Assembly (NCBI GenBank): GCA_902560585.1
Contig: CACEMI010000007.1
Coordinates: 875 to 64,874, forward strand
Origin: an uncultured Pelagibacteraceae bacterium
GTDB taxonomy: Bacteria > Pseudomonadota > Alphaproteobacteria > Pelagibacterales > Pelagibacteraceae
Direction: 5' to 3'
Length of the DNA stretch: 64,000 bases
Shown here one piece after another: positions 36,615 to 47,267 of the stretch. Made by a program: the position numbers and the translations under genes. Under the pieces are notes generated by a model that had not been told where the DNA came from, did no database searches, and saw only the letters and a list, made by a program, of their open reading frames with translations. Position 1 is the first letter of the stretch; each line of letters begins with the position of its first letter.

Positions 36615-38177
36615 TTATTTAAAACTTGCAAAACGGAATAATGGTTCATTATTCGGTCTAATTGGAACATCTACATTTTTTTTAGTTGCCCAAGAAATTA
36701 CTTGGTGATGTAGAGGAAGATACGAAATATCGTCTTTTACAATTTTCCAAGCATTTGCAATAGCAGCGTTTCTTTTATCCAAGTCAACTTCGCCTTCCAT
36801 AACTCTAATTGCAGCATCAACTTCGCTGTTACTAAAGTTTACTTTATTCCAGCTAGCACCAGACTCATATAAGTAATGGAATACGTAGTGACTATCCAGA
36901 GTTGGAACTCCCCAACCTAACATATAGAAATCACCTTTATCTTCTTTTAATTCCTTAAAGTGCTTACTTTTTGTTTGAGCAAATAAATTAACATTGACGC
37001 CGATTTTGCCTAACATACCAACAACAGCTGTACAAATTGCTTCGTCATTAACATATCTATCATTAGGGCATCTTAACTCAACATCAAAACCTTTAGGATA
37101 TCCTGCGTCTGCTAATAATTTTTTAGCTGCATCAACATCATAAGGTAATCTTTTATCTAACTCTTTTGTATATCCATTTACACCAGGAAAAGTTATAATT
37201 CCTGCGGGCTCACTGAGACCTCTCATTACTTTTTTCTTTATCGCCTCAATATCTATTGCTTGATAAAGAGCTTGTCTTACTTCTTTTTTCTTAAATGGAT
37301 TATCTCCAGTATTTCCAGATCTAAGTTTATCTGCTGCTTGGTCCATACCTAAAAAGATTGTACGCATTTGAGCAGTGCTAACTACTTCATGGTCTGAAGA
37401 ATTTCCAATTCTAGCCAAATCTTGAACTGGTGCATCAGTAACTAAATCAACTTCTCCAGATAATAATGCTGCAACTCTTGTAGCTGAGTTTTTAATTGGC
37501 AATAAGTGTATTTCAGTAACACTATTATCTTTCATTGAACCCCACCAATTACTATTTCTCTCAAATACTGTCTTGGTATTTGGCTCTCTTAAAGTAATTT
37601 TGAATGGTCCAGTTCCCATTGCATTTGTCGCTGAGAATGTCTCTTCTCCACCATCCCAGTTTTGTGACACTGTAGCTCCAAAATCAATAGACCATTTTTT
37701 AGACATTATAAATATATTTGATAACTGGTTTAAAAGAATCGGATTTGGTTTACTGGTACTAATCTGCACAGTATAATTATCAATTTCTTTTACATCTGAA
37801 ATTGTACTAATGTACTCTTTAAAATCTGATGTAGGTTGTTTTGCTCTTAATATGCTAAACACAACGTCTTTTGCTGTCATGTTACTACCATCAGAAAATT
37901 TTACGTCTTTTCTTAAATTAAATACCCATGTATTTGGATCTGTAGTTTTCCAATCGGTAGCAAGTTGAGGTTCAATGCTCATATCCAATCCTCTTGTCAC
38001 GAGAGCTTCATAAACTTGTCTTGAAACTTGAGTAGTAGGACCTTCATTTTGTGCATGAGGATCCAAAGTTAAACTATCACCTTGCATAGACCATTTTATT
38101 GTTTTCGCGTATGAATTTGTTGATACAAAAACAAATAAAATTGCAAAGAAAATTTTAATAAAATTTTTAAATTTCAT
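36615..38177 (-). CDS. Peptide/nickel-family (family 5) ABC substrate-binding protein
   Basis: Signal peptide, TLDPH, FNLRKDVKFSDG, GTGPF and RVAALLSGEVD. Confidence 0.93.
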   Translation of the reverse strand: MKFKNFIKIFFAILFVFVSTNSYAKTIKWSMQGDSLTLDPHAQNEGPTTQVSRQVYEALVTRGLDMSIEPQLATDWKTTDPNTWVFNLRKDVKFSDGSNMTAKDVVFSILRAKQPTSDFKEYISTISDVKEIDNYTVQISTSKPNPILLNQLSNIFIMSKKWSIDFGATVSQNWDGGEETFSATNAMGTGPFKITLREPNTKTVFERNSNWWGSMKDNSVTEIHLLPIKNSATRVAALLSGEVDLVTDAPVQDLARIGNSSDHEVVSTAQMRTIFLGMDQAADKLRSGNTGDNPFKKKEVRQALYQAIDIEAIKKKVMRGLSEPAGIITFPGVNGYTKELDKRLPYDVDAAKKLLADAGYPKGFDVELRCPNDRYVNDEAICTAVVGMLGKIGVNVNLFAQTKSKHFKELKEDKGDFYMLGWGVPTLDSHYVFHYLYESGASWNKVNFSNSEVDAAIRVMEGEVDLDKRNAAIANAWKIVKDDISYLPLHHQVISWATKKNVDVPIRPNNEPLFRFASFK

Positions 38178-38248
38178 CTTTCCTCCTAATTATTACAAAT
38201 AAAATTAAACCTGATTAATGGGATAACTACAAGTGCAAAATAGTTGCT

Positions 38249-38980
38249 TTAGTTGTTAAGAATGATCTCATTTTTGAACTTGGTATACAAAATTTCAGAA
38301 TAATTATTCATTTTTTTCATATTTTTTTTTGCTTCAAAATCAAACTTTTCAAGGGCTCCTTTGCCTAATTGCTTTTCTAAAGCCACTTTATACTCTGGAA
38401 CACAGCCCCAATCATTTACAGTAGTATCTTTTATTTCAATATGAAATTGGATACCATAAGCATGATTTTTGTACCTAAATATTTGGTATTTCGTTTCCTC
38501 TGATGAAGCAATATGTGTAACATCCTTATTATTTTCTAAATTTTGAACCTCATAAGAATGCCACTGTAATGAGGTTAACTTTTCAGGAAATTGTGAAAAA
38601 AGAGTATCGTTTTCTTTTCCGTCTGAGAAGTTTATATTCAACATTCCTATTTCAGGGTTTTTTGATCTGACAACATTTCCACCTATTACTTCTCCAAGTA
38701 ATTGACATCCAAGACAGAAGCCTAAGTATGGTTTTTCTAAATTAACAACAAATTCTCTAATTTTATTTTTTTCTTCGATTAGCCAAGGATATTCCTGTTC
38801 CATCCAAGTATCCATTGGGCCTCCCATGCAAAACATTGCGTCAAATTTATTTAAATCATTAGGTATTTTCTCTCCTTCATCTAATTCAATCGTTGTTAAA
38901 TTTACCCCATCTTTAATCATTAAATCTTTTATATAGCCAGGATCTTCAATTTTAATATGTTGAAGAACAATAATTTCCAT
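38249..38980 (-). CDS. Class I glutamine amidotransferase-like protein
   Basis: GGPM, GFCLGCQL, WH and QFHIE triad motifs. Confidence 0.9.
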   Translation of the reverse strand: MEIIVLQHIKIEDPGYIKDLMIKDGVNLTTIELDEGEKIPNDLNKFDAMFCMGGPMDTWMEQEYPWLIEEKNKIREFVVNLEKPYLGFCLGCQLLGEVIGGNVVRSKNPEIGMLNINFSDGKENDTLFSQFPEKLTSLQWHSYEVQNLENNKDVTHIASSEETKYQIFRYKNHAYGIQFHIEIKDTTVNDWGCVPEYKVALEKQLGKGALEKFDFEAKKNMKKMNNYSEILYTKFKNEIILNN

Positions 38981-39786
38981 TATTTAGCTATAGGTTTTAG
39001 TAAACTCTTAATTTTAATGTGAATATTTTTATTTGAAGATGCAAGAATATTACCTGCAAATTTGGCATCCCTATTATCAATTGTTGAAACAATTCCACCT
39101 GATGCATTGATAATTGGTATTAAAGGATGAATATCCCAAATTTTATTACTGCATTGAAACACAACATCAAGCTTACCTTCGCAAACCTGTGCATAAGACA
39201 AAGCATCAGAACAAGGAAATTGCATTAAATTCAAAAATTTTGTAATTTTTTTTTGTTTATTTAAAGAAATTGCACCATGTAAACCTGCTGCTAATTTTAA
39301 ATCTTTATATTTAGCTTTTTTATTTACGCTAATTTTTTTTCTTTTATTGTTTTCAACTACATATGCAACTTTATCAGATTGGTTGTAATAATATTTTTTG
39401 AGTATTGGAAAATTAGCCAAACCATAAATTGGATTACCTTTATAATTCAATGAAATTAAATTACTCCACGTTGGACTTCCAATTACGAAAGATCGTGTTC
39501 CATCGATTGGATCAATAACCCACGAGTAATCACTTTTTGATTTTTTATATCCAAATTCCTCACCAATGATTTCATGATCTGGAAACTTTTTATTTATCTT
39601 AAACCTTATAAATTTTTCAAATGCTTTGTCTGCTGTAGTAACGGGGTCATATCCTTTACCCTTGATTTTATTTTGAACTTTAAATTTCTTACTCAATTTG
39701 TAGTAATAAAACTTGGATAGATCTTTAGCCAGCTGGTTTAAAAATCTAGGATATGCATTATTATTTGAAATAATTTTTTTGTTCAT
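38980..39786 (-). CDS. Inositol monophosphatase family protein (possibly histidinol-phosphatase HisN)
   Basis: DPVTTAD, IGEE, WVIDPIDGT and WD motifs. Confidence 0.85.
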   Translation of the reverse strand: MNKKIISNNNAYPRFLNQLAKDLSKFYYYKLSKKFKVQNKIKGKGYDPVTTADKAFEKFIRFKINKKFPDHEIIGEEFGYKKSKSDYSWVIDPIDGTRSFVIGSPTWSNLISLNYKGNPIYGLANFPILKKYYYNQSDKVAYVVENNKRKKISVNKKAKYKDLKLAAGLHGAISLNKQKKITKFLNLMQFPCSDALSYAQVCEGKLDVVFQCSNKIWDIHPLIPIINASGGIVSTIDNRDAKFAGNILASSNKNIHIKIKSLLKPIAK

Positions 39787-39852
39787 TTTAAGGAAGTACT
39801 ATTTTATTTATCTTGATTAAAGATAAATATAAATTATTTTTAAAAAAGTCAT

Positions 39853-40956
39853 ATGAATATAGAAGTTGAAAATAATAGAATTTTCTTCAACGATGGTAAT
39901 AATAGACAAGAAATTCACCCATTCTGGCTTAGAGAAAGAGTTGAAAATAAAGAGTTCTTAGACGAAATCACACAACAAAGATTATTTGATCCCAGTAATT
40001 TGCAGACCGATATTTTAGTAGAGAAAGTAAAATTAGAAAATGATGAATTAGAAATAAATTTCAATGATGGCGTCAAATCATATCTAAAAGTAAGCAATAT
40101 TATTAATGAGTATACTGATCAAAAAATGATCATGAGCTCTATAGAAAAAATTAAATGGGACTCTAATTTAAAAAATTTAAAAAACTTCATCTACAAAGAT
40201 GATATTAGTGAAACTAAGGAAATGTATGACTTGCTTGTTTCTTTTTATCAATATGGATTTGTGATTATTAAAAATGTTCCAACTAAAAATAATTTCATAA
40301 TAAATTTTGCTAATTCTATTGGTAGTGTCAGAAGAACAAATTTTGGAGAGTTTTTTAATGTTAGATCAATACCTAACCCTAATGATTTAGCTTATACATC
40401 TTATAATTTGGCTCCTCATACGGATAACCCTTATAGAATACCAGTTCCATGTATTCAACTTCTTCATTGTATTGAAAACGAAGTATCTGGTGGCCTATCA
40501 ACTCTTGTTGATGGTTACACTGTAACAGAAGATTTAAAAAATGAATTTAAAGAGTTCTATGAAATTCTTACCAAGACAAAAGTTAAATTTAAATTTATTG
40601 ATAAAGAAGTCATATTAGAAGATTGGTCTGAACTTATAAAGTTAGATGAAAAAAAAGAGTTTAAACAAGTGAGATTTAGCCCTAGACTAGATTATGTGCC
40701 AATATTAAATAAGGAAGATTTAGATTTATATTACAAAGCCAGAAACAAACTTTCAGAATTTTATAATTCAGATAAATATAGAATAGAATTTAAATTAAAT
40801 CGTGGTGATTTATTAATGATGGACAATTATAGATTGCTTCATGGTAGAACTAGTTTCGACTCTAATGAAGGAAATAGATTTCTTCAGGGGTGCTACATTG
40901 ATTATGATAGTACTGAGGGAAAGATAAGACACCTAAAAAGAAAATTTAATATCTAA
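39853..40956 (+). CDS. TauD/TfdA-family Fe(II)/2OG dioxygenase, gamma-butyrobetaine hydroxylase-like
   Basis: FWLR, DLAYT..LAPHTDNPY, DNYRLLHGR and RFLQGCY motifs. Confidence 0.88.
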   Translation: MNIEVENNRIFFNDGNNRQEIHPFWLRERVENKEFLDEITQQRLFDPSNLQTDILVEKVKLENDELEINFNDGVKSYLKVSNIINEYTDQKMIMSSIEKIKWDSNLKNLKNFIYKDDISETKEMYDLLVSFYQYGFVIIKNVPTKNNFIINFANSIGSVRRTNFGEFFNVRSIPNPNDLAYTSYNLAPHTDNPYRIPVPCIQLLHCIENEVSGGLSTLVDGYTVTEDLKNEFKEFYEILTKTKVKFKFIDKEVILEDWSELIKLDEKKEFKQVRFSPRLDYVPILNKEDLDLYYKARNKLSEFYNSDKYRIEFKLNRGDLLMMDNYRLLHGRTSFDSNEGNRFLQGCYIDYDSTEGKIRHLKRKFNI

Positions 40957-40957
40957 A

Positions 40958-41665
40958 TTATCCAAGATTTTGCATAAATGGAATATATTCTAGTAGGTAA
41001 TACCCTAAAGCTTGAAGTTGATTTGTAATCATTAATACTCCAGTAATCAAAAGTAGAGAGCCCCCTGTTTTATTTATAATATTCATTTTTGTTTTTAAAT
41101 TTTTAGAAAAAATCATAAATCTTTGTATTAAATATCCTGATAAAATAAATGGTAAAGCAAGGCCTAATGAATAAAATGATAAAAGTAAAATTCCTTTATT
41201 TATGCTTTCCTCTGTAGATGCTATTGCTAATATTGATCCAAGAATAGGTCCAATGCAAGGTGTCCAACCAAAACCAAATGCCATACCAACTAAAATTGAA
41301 CTAAATATCCCTGATTTTTTATCTGCTTGAAACCTTTTTTCGTAATTTAAAAACTTTAAATTAATCACACCTATAATTTGAAGTGAGAAAACTATAATAA
41401 TTGTGCCTGCAACAATTCTTAGAGTATTAGAGTTGTCTAGCACTAATGATCCTAAAAACGTTGCTGTTGCTCCAAAACTAATAAAAACAATTGAAAATCC
41501 GACAGTAAAAAGAACTATTGGAAATAAATTTATACTCTTTTTTTCAAGTAGTTCGCTAAGAGTTGAGCCAGATATATATGAGATATATCCTGGAATAAGT
41601 GGCAATACGCAAGGGGATAAAAAACTTATTAAACCTGCGCTAAATGCAAGAAATATTTCTATCAT
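40958..41665 (-). CDS. ccdA: Cytochrome c biogenesis thiol-disulfide transporter
   Basis: FLSPCVLPL and GWTPCIGPIL motifs. Confidence 0.92.
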   Translation of the reverse strand: MIEIFLAFSAGLISFLSPCVLPLIPGYISYISGSTLSELLEKKSINLFPIVLFTVGFSIVFISFGATATFLGSLVLDNSNTLRIVAGTIIIVFSLQIIGVINLKFLNYEKRFQADKKSGIFSSILVGMAFGFGWTPCIGPILGSILAIASTEESINKGILLLSFYSLGLALPFILSGYLIQRFMIFSKNLKTKMNIINKTGGSLLLITGVLMITNQLQALGYYLLEYIPFMQNLG

Positions 41666-44352
41666 TATCCTGTATTTTTAATCGCTGCAGAAATTCCTGC
41701 AATGGATGTCATCATCGCATCATCAAGTAACTTTTTAGTTATTTTATTTAATTTCTTTTGTTTTTGTTTTTTCATAACAGTTACTTGTAAAACATTAAGT
41801 ATTTCCGAGTAAATATTTCTAATAATTGCAGGTCCTCGGAAAGCTTTCCTTTGTTTGAGTATTTCTTTAGGAGTAATATCATGATTTAATTTTTTTACTG
41901 CATTAAACTGAAATCTTAGCTTGTCCCCTACTCTAATTAATTTATGGTCAGCGAGATTTTTTTCATAGATTTTTGAAATTTCAGGATCAACTTTTGATAA
42001 GACCATGTCTAATAAGTCCATAGTAGAGTTAAAATACGGCCAGTTTTTTTCCATATCTGTTAAGGTTTTTCTAAATTTTTTAATCGATGAATACCTTAAA
42101 GCTTCAGCAGTTCCCAACCAGGCAGGCAACATCAATCTTATTTGTGTCCAAGCAAAGACCCAAGGTATGGCTCTCAAACTATTAATATTATCCACATTCT
42201 TTCTTTTGGATGGTCTTGATCCTATTGATAGTTTTCCCAGAGCCATATGTGGTGTAACAGTTTTAAAATATCTAATAAAGTCAGAGGTTTGATTTATATT
42301 TTTTCTATATGAGCTAGTTGAGATATTTGACATACCTTGTATTAGATTTCTCCATTCTTTTTTTGGGTTTGGTGGTGGATTTAATGTTGCCTCCATAACA
42401 GAGCCAATATAACTACACAAATTATACTTTGCTAAAGGCTCATATCCATACTTTTGTTGTATTACTTCACCTTGATCTGTAATTCTTATTTTTCCATTAA
42501 CAGAATATGGTGGCTGTGATCTTAAAGTCGCTTGAATAGGTCCTCCCCCCCGACCTGCAGAACCACCTCTTCCATGAAAAAATGTAACATTAATTTTATA
42601 TTTTTTTGCTAATCTTATAATTTCTTCTTGTAATTTATATTGATGCCAACTAGCCGACAATTTTCCTGCATCTTTACTAGAGTCAGAATACCCAATCATA
42701 ATTTCTTGTTTATTTTGTATATATTTTCGATACCATTTTAATGAAAATAATTTTTCCATTATTTCTTTACCATTTATTAAATCTTCTAATGTTTCAAATA
42801 AAGGAACTACTCTTAACTTGCTTTTTATATTCGCCTCTTTTTGTAAAAACATTACTGATAAAATATCTGATGCACTTGATGTCATTGATATTACGTACGC
42901 CCCTAAACACTCTTTTGGTTGACTTGCCAAGACTTTAAAGGTGGACCAAACCTCTTTGTTTTCCTTATTTCTGAAAACAAAATTGTTAACTATATTTTTT
43001 CCTGTAATTCTTTTTGATAAATACTTAATTTTTTCAACCTCACTCCAAGAGTTATAATTTTGCCTAGATTTTCTTTTAATAAACTCATTCATTAATTGGG
43101 AATGTCTAGAAGACTCTTGTCTTATATCTAGTCTTGCAAGATTAATTCCAAAACATTTTGCTCTTCTCATTAAATCAAGCAACTCACCACTAGCAATATT
43201 TTCGTTCTGGTTTTGCTCTAAAGACTCTCTAACTACTCTTAAAGGCTTTAAAATTTCTTCTCTTTCAGAAAGAAGTTTTTTTTCATTTAATGGTTTATCG
43301 TAATTAAGATGTTGTTCTATTTCTCTATGGGTAAATCTGAGTTTATCCCTTAATGGTCTTAGATAAACTCTATATGGCTCAAAAGTTTTTCCTGTAGATT
43401 TTAATATTTTGTTAGAACATTTTTCCATAGAGTAAGATCTAATTAGTTTTGTTAAAGATTTTTCGTAAAGTTTGGCAGCTTCCCATCTTGATAAAAGAAT
43501 AACTCTCTCAGTTACCTTAGAAGTTACATAAGGATTTCCATCTCTGTCACCTCCCATCCATGATCCAAATTCAATTGGATTGAAATTTTTTGGAAGTCCT
43601 TTACCCATATTTTTTTCAAAAATTTGATTTAACCTTCTATACACTTTAGGAATTGTATCCCATAAACTATCTTCAATAATTGCCAACCCCCATCTTGCCT
43701 CCTCTGCAGGTGTAGGTCTCGATCTTTTAATTTCATCTGTATTCCAAATAATTGTAATTTCATCGTACAATTTCTTATCTAAAATTTTTAATTTTGATGG
43801 AAAATTACTTAAAAGAATTCTTTGTTCAAGAATCTCTGTCAGCGTATGATATTTTTGAATTAAGGTTCTTCTTTTTACCTCTGTTGGATGAGCTGTTAAT
43901 ACTATTCCAATATTTAAGCTTTTTGCAATATTATAAATTCTATTATTTGAAATTTTTTTATTTTTAAAAAAATTTTCGAAAATTTCCTCTATAAAAATAT
44001 TTTGAAATTTTTTGTTTGATTTTACATTTTCATATTGATCTAGAGTTCTGGATGCATCTATTGATTCTGCTAAATTATAAAAATTCATAAAATGATTAAA
44101 TGCTCTTGTTAATTTAAATAAAGACTGTGGACTAAGTTTATTAACTTCTTTTAGAATTTTCAAAAATGGGTCTTTTCTACTTTTATTTGCAACATTTGCC
44201 TTTGATAAGAGTCTAATCTTTTCAACTAAATTAAAAAATTTTAAACCCTCTTGTTTCTTTATTACTTTACCAAGAATATTACCTAAATGTCTGACATCAT
44301 CTCTAAGTGATTTTGTGGGAATTCTTTCATAGTAAAGATCTCTTTTTAACAT
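41665..44352 (-). CDS. ppc: Phosphoenolpyruvate carboxylase
   Basis: VLTAHPT, WMGGDRDGNP, MIGYSDSSKD, FHGRGG, LRAIPW and C-terminal KNTG. Confidence 0.97.
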   Translation of the reverse strand: MLKRDLYYERIPTKSLRDDVRHLGNILGKVIKKQEGLKFFNLVEKIRLLSKANVANKSRKDPFLKILKEVNKLSPQSLFKLTRAFNHFMNFYNLAESIDASRTLDQYENVKSNKKFQNIFIEEIFENFFKNKKISNNRIYNIAKSLNIGIVLTAHPTEVKRRTLIQKYHTLTEILEQRILLSNFPSKLKILDKKLYDEITIIWNTDEIKRSRPTPAEEARWGLAIIEDSLWDTIPKVYRRLNQIFEKNMGKGLPKNFNPIEFGSWMGGDRDGNPYVTSKVTERVILLSRWEAAKLYEKSLTKLIRSYSMEKCSNKILKSTGKTFEPYRVYLRPLRDKLRFTHREIEQHLNYDKPLNEKKLLSEREEILKPLRVVRESLEQNQNENIASGELLDLMRRAKCFGINLARLDIRQESSRHSQLMNEFIKRKSRQNYNSWSEVEKIKYLSKRITGKNIVNNFVFRNKENKEVWSTFKVLASQPKECLGAYVISMTSSASDILSVMFLQKEANIKSKLRVVPLFETLEDLINGKEIMEKLFSLKWYRKYIQNKQEIMIGYSDSSKDAGKLSASWHQYKLQEEIIRLAKKYKINVTFFHGRGGSAGRGGGPIQATLRSQPPYSVNGKIRITDQGEVIQQKYGYEPLAKYNLCSYIGSVMEATLNPPPNPKKEWRNLIQGMSNISTSSYRKNINQTSDFIRYFKTVTPHMALGKLSIGSRPSKRKNVDNINSLRAIPWVFAWTQIRLMLPAWLGTAEALRYSSIKKFRKTLTDMEKNWPYFNSTMDLLDMVLSKVDPEISKIYEKNLADHKLIRVGDKLRFQFNAVKKLNHDITPKEILKQRKAFRGPAIIRNIYSEILNVLQVTVMKKQKQKKLNKITKKLLDDAMMTSIAGISAAIKNTG

Positions 44353-45238
44353 AATTAAAAGTAAATTCTTTTTGATTTATACCTTTCGCATTTGTTTCTA
44401 TCTTAAATAAACTTCCTGAAAATATAAATTTTTTAATTTCATTTTTTTTCATACCTTTTAAAGCTGAAGTTACAAATAATTCTGAGTTATTTTTACCTCC
44501 AAATGCACAGTTGGTTATATTTTTAGCGGGTAATTTAACTTTGTGTAATATTTTTCCTGATTTACTAAAGACCGATATACATGCTCCATGATAATGGCAA
44601 ACCCACAGATTTTTATTTTTATCTAAAGTCATTCCATCAGGTACTCCTTGATTCTTTGTAAACTTTTTAAATATTTTTTTTTTAATCATGTTTAAATTTC
44701 TGTTTACTTTTATTTTGTAAATAGTCCTTTTCCTACTATCTGTATGATAAAAATTGTTGCTATCTATAAATGCTGGACCATTAGTTATGTAATAACTGGT
44801 ATCAACTTTTTTTAAATTTAATTTTTTATCAAGGCAATATAATGATCCATTTGTCAAATTTCTTTCAGGATTATCCATAGTGCCAAACCATAGTCTACCT
44901 GATGGATCTGTCTTACCGTCATTAATACGATTTGTTTTAATGTCTTTTTCAATATAAATTGATTTTAAAATTTTTTTTGATTTTAAATTTAAAACTCTTA
45001 ACTCACCCTGAAGACCCAATATAAAAATGTTATTTTTAATATGTGCTAGAAAACCTATCTCTTTATTAATTTTAATTATTTTTCTTTTATTGTTTTTTAT
45101 ATTTAAAATATGAATTCTTTTTTTTTTTATATCTGTAAAATATATCGATTTATGTTCTTTTACCCATAATGTTCCCTCGCCTAATATACATTTAGCATTC
45201 CACAAAACTTCAAGTTTCGAGGTTTTTATTTTAACCAT
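44327..45238 (-). CDS. SMP-30/gluconolactonase family sugar lactonase
   Basis: LGEG, RINDGKTDPSGR, NGPAF and PDGM motifs; ATG at 45238. Confidence 0.9.
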   Translation of the reverse strand: MVKIKTSKLEVLWNAKCILGEGTLWVKEHKSIYFTDIKKKRIHILNIKNNKRKIIKINKEIGFLAHIKNNIFILGLQGELRVLNLKSKKILKSIYIEKDIKTNRINDGKTDPSGRLWFGTMDNPERNLTNGSLYCLDKKLNLKKVDTSYYITNGPAFIDSNNFYHTDSRKRTIYKIKVNRNLNMIKKKIFKKFTKNQGVPDGMTLDKNKNLWVCHYHGACISVFSKSGKILHKVKLPAKNITNCAFGGKNNSELFVTSALKGMKKNEIKKFIFSGSLFKIETNAKGINQKEFTFNYVKKRSLL

Positions 45239-46403
45239 TGTATTCGTATTTTTTAATAAAATCTTTATTTGGATTAATTCCAATCCCTATATTTTCCAAT
45301 GGAGATGCGAACCCATTTTTATTTTTAACTTGATCTAAAATTGAAAATTTTTCCTCTGCTAAATCAGTTATGAAAATATTTTTTTCTGTTGTATCAAACT
45401 CTAACATAGACTTTGTTGGAAATAGTCCACCAGGCATATCTGGTAATGTTGTTAACAAATGAAGATTAACTGCCACACTTAAAGCTGAGCCCCAAACATG
45501 ATTTACTATTGGAATAAAATTAGACTGTGCTAACGCTGATATTTTTAAATATTCAGTAATTCCACCTAAACCACAAACTTCTGGTTGAGCGATATCAATA
45601 CAATTATTTTTTATAAGTTGGTTCCAACCATATTTAGTAAACTCTGCCTCACCTCCAGCAATATTAGTCTTTAACTTTTGTTTAAGTTCTTTGTAACTAT
45701 CATAATCCTCAGGAGCCACTGGTTCCTCAAACCAATAAATATCCATTTCATCTAATCCACTTCCGACATATAAGGCATCATTTTTATTATAAGCATGATT
45801 TGCATCCACCATCAGTTTTAATTCAGATCCAATTGCATCACGTACAGCACTTACTAACTTTAAATCTTCTTTAGGACCCATGCCGATTTTCATTTTCATA
45901 GCTTTGAAATTCTTTTCTTTTATTTGATTAGCCTCATTTTTGAACAATTCGCAAAGTTCTTCGATTGATTTTTTTTGTAGCATCATTCCGTAGCCGTAAA
46001 CTGGAATTTTATCATTAGTTTTACCTCCTAGTAATTGATAGAGAGGTAAATTGGCTTTTTTTGCCAATATATCCCACAATGCTATATCAATTCCTGATAA
46101 TGCTTGAATTGGCATTCCCTTTTGGCCACTGTCTCTAAGTAAATTATATACTTTGTGCCAAATATGTTCTTTGTTAAGTGGATCATCTCCTTTTATTAAA
46201 GGTTGAATAACTTTTTCTACAATATATTTATTTGCAAGAGCTATATTTCCAGGTCCAAAACACTCTCCCCAACCTGTAATACCTTCGTCTGTCTCTACTT
46301 CAACTAAGTGGGCAGTTCTATGTTTGTAATATTGTTGTGAGTATCCTAGCTCTTTGTCTAACTCATATCTAAGTACATGACTTTTGATTGAGATTATTTT
46401 CAC
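45231..46403 (-). CDS. Mandelate racemase-subgroup enolase-superfamily enzyme (galactarolactone cycloisomerase Gci-like)
   Basis: GWGECFG, KMKIG, VDANH, WFEEP, GE and HVWG motifs. Confidence 0.82.
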   Translation of the reverse strand: MKIISIKSHVLRYELDKELGYSQQYYKHRTAHLVEVETDEGITGWGECFGPGNIALANKYIVEKVIQPLIKGDDPLNKEHIWHKVYNLLRDSGQKGMPIQALSGIDIALWDILAKKANLPLYQLLGGKTNDKIPVYGYGMMLQKKSIEELCELFKNEANQIKEKNFKAMKMKIGMGPKEDLKLVSAVRDAIGSELKLMVDANHAYNKNDALYVGSGLDEMDIYWFEEPVAPEDYDSYKELKQKLKTNIAGGEAEFTKYGWNQLIKNNCIDIAQPEVCGLGGITEYLKISALAQSNFIPIVNHVWGSALSVAVNLHLLTTLPDMPGGLFPTKSMLEFDTTEKNIFITDLAEEKFSILDQVKNKNGFASPLENIGIGINPNKDFIKKYEYNG

Positions 46404-46408
46404 AAATT

Positions 46409-47251
46409 TTAAACAGCAACTACTTTAGAGTTCTGTTCTCCTAAGTTCTCTATTGATAGTTTCATTTGGTCACCTGCTTTCAGAAATATTTGTGGTTTTC
46501 TACCCATTCCAACTCCTGGGGGTGTTCCAGTTGTAATTATATCCCCTGGTTGTAATGACATAAATTTACTTACATAAGATACAATGATATCAACGTTAAA
46601 GATCATAGTACTTGTATTTCCTGTTTGCATTCTCTCACCATTTACATCCAGCATCATTTTTAAATTATTTATGTCCTTAATTTCATCCTTAGTTACTAAG
46701 TAAGGTCCAGTGGGTCCGTAAGTATCGTGAGATTTACCTTTAACCCATTGTCCCATTTTCTCAATTTGCCACTCCCTTTCACTAACATCGTTTACTAAAC
46801 AATATCCTAAAATATGATCTTGTGATTGGTCTTCTGAAATATGTTTTGCTTCTTTTCCTATTACAATTCCAAGTTCAACTTCCCAATCTAGTTTTTTTGA
46901 TCCTGAAACTATTTCTACATCATCATTAGGACCACACATTGAACTAGTAGCCTTCATAAACATAATTGGTTCTTTTGGAATTTCAGCCCCAACTTCAGCA
47001 GCATGGTCTGAATAATTAAGCCCTATTGCAACAAACTTTCCTGGACTTGTAATGCAAGAACCTACTCTTTGACCTGGTGAAATTTCAGGAAGACTTGATA
47101 TATCAACGCTTTGAATTTTTGAAATTGTTTCAAAATTTAAATTATGTGGGTTTAAATCACTTACATGTGAACTAATATCTCTTATTTTTCCATCACCATC
47201 TAATATTGCTGGTTTTTCTTTTCCCTTTTCACCGACTCTTAATAGTTTCAT
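46409..47251 (-). CDS. Fumarylacetoacetate hydrolase family (diketo-deoxy sugar acid hydrolase-like)
   Basis: IGLNYSDHA, DWEVEL, NDVSER, GQWVKGK and TGTPPGVG. Confidence 0.88.
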   Translation of the reverse strand: MKLLRVGEKGKEKPAILDGDGKIRDISSHVSDLNPHNLNFETISKIQSVDISSLPEISPGQRVGSCITSPGKFVAIGLNYSDHAAEVGAEIPKEPIMFMKATSSMCGPNDDVEIVSGSKKLDWEVELGIVIGKEAKHISEDQSQDHILGYCLVNDVSEREWQIEKMGQWVKGKSHDTYGPTGPYLVTKDEIKDINNLKMMLDVNGERMQTGNTSTMIFNVDIIVSYVSKFMSLQPGDIITTGTPPGVGMGRKPQIFLKAGDQMKLSIENLGEQNSKVVAV

Positions 47252-47267
47252 TATGTCTCCTTTATAT

